Origin: Ophelia neglecta
Taxonomy: Eukaryota
Reading direction: 5' to 3'
DNA: 64,000 nt
Assembly: GCA_965285935.1 (NCBI GenBank)
Contig: OZ260663.1
Coordinates: forward strand, 89,342,001 to 89,406,000
Shown here: positions 53,401 through 64,000 of the stretch, piece by piece
Layout: every line of letters starts with the position of its first letter
Position numbering within the stretch: position 1 is the first letter of the stretch
Program-made: the position numbers and the translations under genes
Notes under the pieces: model-generated
The model's input: the letters and a program-made list of their open reading frames with translations, nothing else
What the model was told of the DNA's origin: nothing
Database searches by the model: none

Positions 53401-56400
53401 GACAATGGCTGCTCTGAGTTGTCCGAATGAACATTATCGCATTCGAAGACATGCTATATACTGTAAATACTTACAATCACACTGGTGGGTGTTGCATTCC
53501 CTGACTTCCGTTTGGTTACCTGGACAGACGGCTCCGGACGCCATGGGTGATGGAGACGTACAGGTACGGGTCCGCCCCTGTTCACCAGTGGAACAATTCC
53601 GATCACAATTACTCCAATTACTCCAGACACTCCAGCCCCCATCACGGTCTACAGTACAAGTCACGAATATATAAAATTTTTAGGGAGCCCACATTGGCCG
53701 AATACGCTACATCAATGAAGGCTGTTGATATTTAACCAAGTCAACTTTCCTCCCATGTGTCTTAAACAATAAATATGCTTATATTGCAACTGGTATTCAT
53801 CCCCCATTTTCTTCCATACCACCCTGGTACATGGTCTTTTAAAAATATAAGTAAACTTAGCGAAATATTCATGGTTGTTTTTCAGACATATACCGTTTTT
53901 AACAATAACCCTGTTTAGAAACAAGTATGGTTTTAATATTTGTCTTGCTAACGATGATGCAAATAAAAAAATAATGTCATCAATTACTTAATCTTAACAA
54001 GCTTTTAAATAGGAGGAACGATAGACACGCATTCATTAAAAGATGAGCACATTTTCGTTTTTCTTTTGTGAAGGAGAATATTTTCATTCCAATTTGCGAG
54101 TGTAAAAGTACACACGCTGTGCTATCAATCTATGCTATTTCATGTTACTCATGTTGGTCAATTTATCTATCTTCTAAAGCAAGGCATATGGCATGACAAA
54201 GCCAACTGTAAGTTCATATCACGGATTGTTAAGCAAATGATAGATGCAACAATAAGTACAAAGGTATTAGAACTATATGGTCACTGTTTTGCTTTCTACT
54301 TAACATCAAGTTATTTTATAGTAGTGGCTTCTTATATGGTGTACAGCTAAGGAAGTAAAGTTGTTTTGACTTATAGGCATATTGTCCGGACATGTGTACC
54401 GCATTTGAATAACCAAGTCGCAGTAATTTGGCGATTTACTAACTTTCTTAGTTGCCCCCTCCTCGTCCTCCCCCTCGAATATTTCATTAGATACTAGATG
54501 TAGACATGAATGGCTTTTGAGTTCAAACAAGAACCGTGAATTTTTATTCACCCTCATAGGACCAAAATATTGCTGGTAACACTTGTGCGGGAAAATATAT
54601 GCATTGCAGCTGTGTTGAATGTGTTCCTACCTCTGCACATGTTATTAAGTCCCACTCTGTACCCGTCCGAACATGAACAGTTGTATCCCCCGATGGTATT
54701 GATACAGACTCCGAATATTGGATCACAACTGTAAGTTCCTATCACACATTCATCAATGTCTGTAAAATGAAAGGCAGGATACACGATGCGTTTGGTAAAA
54801 CATCGAGACGGAATTTATGTATGCCATAAAATCACAGTATAGGAGCGTAAACTGTACGGGCAAAAACGAAAAGTAACTGGTAAACCATTGAAAGCTATTT
54901 CCTGTACGGGTATGTTCACCGTTCCTGTACGGATACGCTTTCAGTCACGTGACTGGGTTATTGGTGGATAATTGCTCAACATGCATTTTTTGTGGCTTAC
55001 GTAATTGAACAGCTGTGCACTGTACACCCGCTTCCATACTGTGTAAATATTGGCCATATTTGTACCATACAGCAATATCGTCATGGTGCTCAATATATTA
55101 GGAAATAATAACCATTGATATTATAGCAAATGAAAGCGCTTTACCTTTACAGCGTGTTTCCTCGAATAATTCATATCCCGGTCTGCAGAGACAAGTGTCG
55201 TTACCCCTTATTAAAGCGCATTCATATTCACACTGCAGAGAATTCTCACCACACCGCTTGTCCACTGTAAATACTTTAAGGTATTAACAGCTTATCTCCT
55301 TTAAGAGTAATTAAGTAGGTGATTAGATAAGAATGTTACAATGAAACCTGGTGGTAATATCTTATCCCTCATGTTAACCAGGCCTAGTAAGAATGTTCAG
55401 GGGAGAGTACAACTATAGATAATTGTGTGCATTTATTGTGTTCTTTTCAAATATTGTGCTCAATATCCATTTTCCGTTTCTTTCATCTTGTGAACATTAT
55501 TACTACATGAACTGAAAACTGTTCCCTGATTAGGGCAGACATTATATGTAAGAAGATTTCATTACGATTATAAGATCCATATAGAAATGATAGTTTACAT
55601 TTTCATCAGAAAAGTGTCACAAATGTGGGAATAGTTGTGTGTGTGGAGGGGGGGGGGGGGGGGACAAGTGATCAACTGGTTCAATATCTGTATTTGATTA
55701 TAACTTTGGACACCTACCGAGGCATGTTCTGCGGTCTGCGGAGAGCCTCATGCCTTCCTGACACCCACACAAGTAACCCCCAGGGCTATTCTTACATATT
55801 TCGTCACAGGTGTGTTGATTTGTACTACATTCGTCGATATCTGTGCAGAAAAATTTAAATAAATATCACATCAAATAAAAACACGAGGATGAGCATTTCG
55901 GGGTTTTCGTTGCCTTCCAGTACATGAACATCCAAAAGCATTAATAAAATATATAAGCAAATTACAGAATAAGATGACACCAAACACTGTGCTTTGATTT
56001 GTCTTGCTTGACCTTTACTCTCAGTAATATAAATGTTAATCATGATATTGCGAAAACTGTGGGCGAATTCAAATATCTGTCACAATCACCATGTTGACGT
56101 GCATAATTGTTTGTTATGGTAGCGTATATAATTCGTGTAGGCAAGACATAGAACTAGAAATGTTGTATTACCAATTTCATAACCGGAGTATTAACAGTTA
56201 GGGAACGAGGGAACTGGATATTGATGCTTGCGGGCCTGCAGATGTTGTTTCTTGATGAATACGGACCGAGTGAATGAGCTATTTATGATTCATTCATGTG
56301 TTTCATTCACCAGGTATCTAATTCCGACTGTCATATAAAAGACTAGCATTTTAAACTCACCAAAGCAGTCATAACCATCTGATCCCAGTTGGTAGCCAAC

Positions 56401-59400
56401 CGCACAACTACACTGATAGCTGCCAAAGTTGTTGTTACATATACCCACCCCAGGCCGGGCGTCACAATTGTTATTTTCCTCACATTCGTCAATATCTAGT
56501 AATAATTCATGAATTTATACTCATATTACCAAAAAAAATAAGAATGGTTATATCAATATTGAAATATGCATGCCACACGCAGGCTAAATAATAACTGGTT
56601 GACTTTTGGCGAATCTACGACAAAAATAACCCGTATAATAATGTGTATATCAATGTATAGATCTTCTGGTAGTGTCTTTAATTGAAATCAGAGGCTTATT
56701 AAAACAATTCACGAAAAAGAGCAGAAATAACCAAATATTCAGGCGAGTCCAGGAGAACTTTCTATCCAGGGCTATTGTATTAAATGCCTACCATTATTCG
56801 GGCTTCGGTTCGCAAAAAAAGAGAATAAAACTGATATTAATTGTGTTTACCTTTACATGAGAAGCCATTACCAGTAAAACCATCCTGGCAACTACAGCTG
56901 TAGGCACCCTTGGTGTTTGTACACACACCCAGTTCAGGATCACATTTGTGGGTTCCATCGGTGCATTCGTCTTGGTCTTGAAACATTTAGCACAATTAAT
57001 TATTAATTGCCATGTGGTACCAAGCATTGCATACAGATGTTATTAGTGAGATTAACAGAAGGCAAACGTTTTTTGTTCAATTGCAACTGAGACTACAGCG
57101 GCTTGGAACTTCCGGCGTGATTATTTGTTTGAATACATTTCTTATATCGGGATAGCGAATATAGCACCTCGCATAAACGAAATATTGAAAACGTGACAAC
57201 ATCATATTGGAACTGAGCATTCGTAGGTACGAAATATTAAAATGGGCGGAACGAAATGTCATATGATAGCATCGAAATGTATTCTTTTTTCATAATGAAA
57301 TACTTTTCCGTCAAAACGTAAACACATATGCAAAGCAATAATCAGCCTCCTATCTAATGTCGGAAATAGTAAACATTAAGGAATTGAATATCTACCGTAG
57401 CACGTTTGCCCATTTAGCGTATATCCTCTTTCACATGTACAATTATACCCTTCGTTGAAGTTTACACATCGAGAATGCGGCGGACAGTTGTTAGCACCAC
57501 TTGTGCATTCGTCTATATCTTGAAAATGATAATAAGTAATTATGGCACTTATATTAATACCAGATTGTGTGCTGTGAACTAAATTGAAGGGGTGTATTCA
57601 CCGTCGAGTAATTTCTATTGCCATTCATGTTTTTATATGCATATTAAATCTTCTAACCGTGGTGGTTAGGGCCCTCTATTACTCCTATCCATTATATTTG
57701 ACATAAGAGTTATATGTGGTTCCATATGTGGAACTCGCGGAATGAAAAAGTATTATGTATATGGGTAAATCCTACCTATACATCGGTACGCCTCCACTTG
57801 TTTATAGTAACTATTCTTACAGACGCATTTGTATCCACCATCTATATCATTGCAGATAACGTTATTGGTTACATTGCAGTTGTTCAACAGCGGATCATCG
57901 CATTCGTTAATACCTGAACAAGTTAAATGTGAATTTAGATATAGCCTAGTATTTCAAATATAATTTTCCCCTAAAGCTATACATCTGTATTTGCTATTTA
58001 TGGAGGTATGATAATTATACTGCGCTTGGAATAATTAAGCCCAGAGAACAAAATCTTTGATTATTTGTTCCTTTTTCTATTCAATTCTTTACTTACCCAA
58101 GCACAATTTGCCGTCAGTGCCCAGTTGCTTTCCTTTAGGGCAGGTGCACTCCTCGTTTCCATTAAACCGGGCGCATCCGTACTGACAACCGAGGTCGCTC
58201 ACACATGTTTCATCCGCTAGATATCGATGAATACAGATACACCTTATAACATTTGAAGTATTATTTATGATAGAACAGTTGCTAAAATCTCTCGTCATAT
58301 GTATGATACAAATATAATACATCGATATATAATTTGATTGAAAGTAGTTTTTCCAAACCGTTCCTAACGATTGTACATACATCTACAGCTGTGTAAATCA
58401 GACAAAAGGCTATATCCTTCTGGACAACTGCATACATATCCTCCTACAGTGTTGTTGCAGTGTTTAGTCTGGACACATAGATGATAAGCATTGCTTTCAC
58501 ATTCGTTGATATCTAAAGAAACTTATTATTGTAAGTATTATTATAATGAAAGGGTAGTATACGTTGATGTATTCTCTCATTTGGACATTCAAATTGAATT
58601 GATTTGTTATCTACACATAAATGAATTAATGAATCATAAATGGCTGCAAAGGGTATAATCTCCTGCATTTTTCCACGGAGCTTAACATATAATGGTTTAA
58701 TGAAACAGCAATAGCTTTAATGTCGCACACAGAACAAAACAATAGCTAAAAAAGTGTCTCGAAAACCTCTAACGTCACTCTATTTTGTTTTGTTTCTAAA
58801 AAGAAATAACCATTTAGAATATGGCTCGGATAGTTAAAAAGAACCTGGTTTGAACTTTTGTTAAAATAATTCATTCATTAAGAATGCCCCTCAATGATCT
58901 TTCTTGGAAAACTGTATTTTTCAAGGTTATATGCGCCTGGTTGCCTAACTTTTTTTATTTTTTAAACCATAGCAGTGAATAGCAGGCAGACATACCCGAG
59001 CAGGTCATAAGGTTCCCGTCCAGTTGATAACCCTTCCGACAGAAACATTCCCATCCTCCTTGCGTGTTTATACAGCCGTGTTCACAACCACCCTGGCCAT
59101 TAAGAGAACACTCGTTCAAATCTGGGGACAAAATTACATATTTTATTGTAAATTCCTAGGAGTGATATAATAACGGCTCGATGTACTTAATAAATTGTGT
59201 TTGTGGTCACACATTTATATATATATTAACATATCCGCCTGACATTGTACCTATCGCCATACCTGTACATACAAAACCGTCGCCTGTGTATCCGGTTTCA
59301 CACAAACACGTATAACCCAGAGGCTGCAAATCTGCGTTCCAGTCAACACACATTCCATGTTCTTTGTCGCATTTGTTTGCTTCTGCCACACTGCATTCGT

Positions 59401-62400
59401 TGAAATCTACGTCCAGCAAAACATAAACAAAGATCATTAAATTGAACGAATCTAAATTCTAAATTCGTATTTCAAAAAGCAGGACTAAGCGAAATAGAAT
59501 GCTGTAATAGCAATGGTCCCATGATGAGGTTCTCACTTCGGCAGGTGACACCATCGTCGTCCAGGACGAATCCGCTGGGGCAAGCACATCTAAACCCGCC
59601 CGCTCTGTTTATACAGACTCTAGTACAGTTGTGGCTTGTCGGACTGGCACACTCATCAATGTCTAGATATGGAATTGATAGAAGAAAAAGGCAAGACAAT
59701 TAATTAATAAAAAGCATACTTCAAGTATGAGTACAATGGAACATGTGTTTTAATGTTGAAAATATAGCAGGAGGAAAACCACTTTGAGCATGTGCGGAAT
59801 TTTCCATTTTACAAAGTTTACAATGCGTCTACAATTAACGAACTATTCTGCGATAAATGAATTATGTCATACATCATTGCTTGAATATTTCCTTATATCT
59901 ATTGGTTTTATAATTGGTTGTATCTAAATAAACTAAATAATCTTAAGATCTTTTGGTTTTGATCATTAAACATACCTTGACACATTCTTGCTGAATTATA
60001 TTTTCCTAATTCGTATCCCGCTTTACACTGACATGCATAATCTGGCTCCTTGTTCACGCAAACACTAGTCTCGTCCCAGCATAGATTGAAATCTGTCTCA
60101 CACTCGTCAATATCTTCACAAACGTAAATGCATACATAAATCTATGATGTAAGGTAACGTTTTAATTATAATGCGGTTATCCAAAATTTACTCAATAACC
60201 ATAAGCAAGTAAGAGGATGGGTTCCCAGTTTATCCGTGCTCCAACAAAGGGAGAACTAATGATACAACACACACACACACACAGTTACGCCTTTTTTACC
60301 TGCACATGTGTTATTGCCGTCCAGCACGTAGCCAATTGGACAGCCGCAGATGATCCCCCCGTTTATAACATCCCTTGCACATGTGCTGCGAGTGCTCCCC
60401 CCGTCACACAACATGTTCTCCTCGACCGAACATTCTATTTCAGCTTTTAAAGAAAAATAATTCTCGATCATATGGAGATACAAAGGTTGTGCAAAAGATT
60501 GTGAAACATGAATAAAAATTATATATTTGATACTTAATTGAAAAACAATTAAAATAAAGTAACGTTATTACAAAACCTACAATATGATTCATTGCCTCCT
60601 GTTCTTCTAAGACAAAACCAACACAATCTTTTACTTGTAAACGTAAAAAAACAGTTGAAAAATTATTAACGTTATGACAAGACCAATGATTTTGTTTTCT
60701 TGGATATCACAAACCAATTTTTCTCTAAATTAATTATCTTTCAATATTCGTTTTAAAGTGCCTAGAGGTGTTATTGTTGTATATTCTTCAGTGATTTAAG
60801 CCGCGAATAAAGCCTAATCTTAGATGTACTTTTCATTCAGTTTCAAACTTACCGACACAAGTGACGCCATCGCTTTCGTTAAGTCGGAAGCCAGGAAGGC
60901 AGTCACAAGTGTACGTCGCCACACCGGGCAAGCAGGTATGCTGACACTTGTGGTCCAAGAGACACAGGTCAATTACTGTCGTCGAAATAAAACATTGGAT
61001 ATTTACAATTAATAATTAAGCTAATAATCTTTATAAGCCTACGAGTATTTCCCAATGGGAAGTTATATATAAAACATGTTCTTGGTATTTAACTTCATAT
61101 AGTGCTCTTTCAAACAGAACGAGGCATCTTCCATTACTATACAATCAATGACAACAAGGATAGCCTGGAAGGCCTGTCAACGGATGTTGATTCAATGCAG
61201 GGGTTAAATTGATCAAAACAATTGAATACACCTACTTACAAGAGCAAGTCGCGGCAGTTTTTTCATAACCGAAGTCACAGCGACATTCGTAGGATCCTGG
61301 CATGTCATAACAAGCGGAGTGGTTGGGACATGTGACATTGCTGCATTCATCAATATCTATAATCGAAAACGATGGTAGACTTGTTTTGGTTTAACACCTC
61401 ATTACGCACATCATTGAAAATATGTTGTTTTGGCGACCTTCGTATTTCATAAATCTGGCACATTTTGTAATTGTTCGTATTGAATGAAGAATGTTAGCCA
61501 ATACTGTATAACAAATTCTAATCATGATGTGTAAATATGTTAATGTGTTGTTCCTCGATATACTGTCCACAATACTCAATAGTGTTGGATGCTAAGACCT
61601 CGGTGATCTTATGCACCAGTAAATTGGGATCAAAAGCACATTGAACCTGAATTTTCACAACCAAGTGCTTAATGTAGGAACATCTCTCAGCCTGGCTACA
61701 GGATGTTTCCTCCTGTCAAAACGTGACGTTAGCTAACAATGGTTTATTCTTACTGATGAATGTCTGCCAAAGTAGAGATAACGATTGATGTAATAAAGTG
61801 GATCCAAAAGTTTTCCTTACTATAACATGGAGAGGTATTGTCTTCTCCTGTGTACCCCTGTCTACATTGACACGAGTAACCTCCGTTCAGATTCTCGCAT
61901 CTAGTTATTGTGGAGTCACAGTTGTCTAGTTTTCTTTCACACTCATCTATGTCTGCAAAATAAGGAATTTTACCAATTTTAGAAGGGATGACAAATTTAC
62001 CCTTTGTCACTGTTACCTTTTTCTTTCAGCTACTCCAGTGGGATGTTCTGGAAGTTTCTTATACCATTGGTTGGATTGCGAAACTTCGAATGATCTATGA
62101 AGTATAACCCTAAACACACCACGCGGCAGCTACCACTAAGTCATCGAGTTTGAGTGTACAAAACATTTTTTATAAACAATGTGTTAAGTTTGCCGGAATA
62201 CTTTGTTATATTGGTTGTTGGCAATGGTTCGATAAGGGCAATTTTTGGAAGTGCGATCGTAACAAAGCTTGGTAGGCATAAAAATGGGACCTACCTAAGC
62301 ACGTTTTTCCGTCCAAAGCGAGGTTGAAACCGGCGGCGCAGCTACACATATAACCGGTGGGCAGGTTGTCACAGAATTGGTCACATGGTTGGTCTAGACA

Positions 62401-63665
62401 CTCATTGATCTCTATAATATTAAAAACGTATGAACCAGCAAGGCAAATGAATTAAAAGAGGCAGTTATATTTATAAATTCATTCTTTATTTCCCTTTAAT
62501 GTATTAGTTTCAACAATACTGGTTTTTCCCTGAAGGTATATATGTATGTGTGTCTATATATATATATTTATATTAAATCTAGCGTAGATGTATGTCGTCA
62601 TTTAATAAGTGGACACACTTGATAATACGCTATTTATTTTATGGATAGAACAATATTGTGTCTCTATAGGTAGTGATGGAAGACCAAATGTAGTCCATCA
62701 AGTAAAACAAAACCAAGTTTACCATCACTTCAAGCCCACACGCGAGAGAGCTAACGTTCCAACTGAGGATATGAGGATGTATAACGCGTACTTGCTCGGC
62801 AATTGAGCGGGCAATTATTGACAAGGTACGAGATGAACTTTTTATGTTAGTAAATATAAGCTTTAGGTCGAGTCTGGGTTCAGGATTTGTGTTAAAACTG
62901 GCTTTGGCATGGGTTTGGGTTGGTTATGCCACAAAGGACTGGAACGAATATTTGGGGGTCGAGGTATGGCAGACGTAAGAGTTAGGTATGTGTTAGAGAA
63001 CGTTAGTTTCAGCTTTTAAAGCCGATATATCTGAGTCTCTTACCCGCTTGAGGGGTCCCCCGCTATTCCGCCTAGCAATCGGGTAAAAGATATTATTTCG
63101 CAAACTCAATGGCTTAAGCCAGCCGGATTAATACAAGGTTGGATCCACATTTTTGGGCATAATCAGGCTTCGTTCCTGTGATATATTTATAAGAACATGT
63201 GTGTCTACATTTATCTGGATCATATTTATCAAAAAAAAATTCTACTAGGGCTCCTTACAAGGCATTTGAAGTAGTTCAGGTCCCGCTATTTAGTTGGACA
63301 ATGCCATTTCGCATAATGCTATATGTATATTCTTGCAACCCCCGTTGCTAGTGACATCTTTGGTATGGGTTAATGGCATGGCACAGCAAAAGAACAAAGT
63401 CTGGACCGTTTAAACCCCTCTTACCCGAGCAGGTTTGACCGTTTCCCTCGTAGCCTGTAGGACAGTCTCCGCACACAAACCCTTCAGGATTGAGACTTAG
63501 GTCCGCCACAGCTACATCAGAGCAGTCGCTGCCTGAAAAACAGGGATATTTGGCACAGCCATCTTCGTCCTCTTCACACAGTGGTCCAGCTCTACCCAGT
63601 GGGCACAAACAGCGCACCACCACAAATGCTTGGCCGTATGTTGTCCAATCACACGTGGCGCCATT
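50438..63665 (-). CDS. Large type I membrane protein with ~20 EGF/cbEGF modules, TSP1, juxtamembrane domain and TM (fibrillin-like / mucin-like VWDE-type); 5'-partial
   Basis: Exons (minus): 63665-63425, 62411-62295, 61952-61821, 61356-61240, 60975-60853, 60443-60300, 60113-59976, 59662-59537, 59406-59263, 59121-58996, 58512-58381, 58216-58097, 57913-57776, 57518-57396, 56976-56851, 56495-56361, 55840-55718, 55264-55145, 54759-54631 (symmetric phase-1 EGF exons, most starting D[IL][DN]EC), 54493-54440 (tentative linker), 53648-53475 (TSP1, [12 protein letters not shown]...RTRTC), 53131-53070, 52695-52583, 51675-51436, 51290-51164, 50829-50702 ([26 protein letters not shown]), 50534-50438 (tail ending YIPATF*). 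Sum 3549 nt, in frame (~1182 aa within the window). Confidence 0.88.
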
Positions 63666-64000
63666 CTGTAAATAGAGCTAGTTACAGTAGCAGACTACTC
63701 ATAATTCAAAATCGCCATGTTTTGTATAACTTTAAACTGTCTTAAACATTTGAGAAGCAATCATCTTATCTTATGCTTTTAGAAATGCAATAAAATACGG
63801 TGAATGGTATATATTGAATTTAATCTCTAACATGTGTAAGTCCAGTGCGAGAGTGTGCGTATTTCATGTCTAGAAGGTTTGACCCACGAAAAGGCTTGAA
63901 CCACTAAATTTATTGGTCTTATTTTCATTTCTTTAAATAGTAGACTAAATGGGAAAGTATAAAAAAATTCTAGCTGTTTTAGTTATGATTTATCTTTTAA

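Noticed and set aside
53712-53924. Minus-strand ORF between the last EGF exon and TSP1
   Set aside because: Ends in a stop with no phase-compatible donor; treated as intron.

Overview
Eukaryotic, AT-rich genomic DNA with short GT-AG introns, probably from a marine invertebrate (lophotrochozoan-like; inference). The supplied ORF track mostly shows exon fragments or noise, so gene models were assembled by hand from splice sites and reading phase. The window contains: (1) ~19.9 kb with no intact gene, only decayed LINE relics, MITE-like pieces and one orphan exon-like segment; (2) two convergent six-exon paralogous class A peptide-type GPCR genes (19918-22449 +, 32998-37524 -) with identical intron positions and phases, separated by ~10.5 kb holding LINE and Penelope-like RT relics; (3) a seven-exon SLC46/PCFT-family MFS transporter (41039-45148 -) plus a 5'-truncated paralog remnant (47309-47955 -); (4) the 3' 27 exons of a large single-pass membrane protein (~20 EGF/cbEGF modules, TSP1, a furin-site juxtamembrane domain, TM, short tail; 50438-63665 -), continuing beyond the right edge. 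The most notable observations are a 40-bp (ATT)n-tailed insertion with a 5-bp target duplication that disrupts exon 5 of the second GPCR, loss of conserved residues in the first GPCR, an in-frame TAG in the transporter tail that aligns with TTG in its paralog, and a six-exon higher-order periodicity in the EGF array. No CRISPR, rRNA or tRNA gene is supported, and I cannot demonstrate a wholly new multi-gene system from sequence alone.
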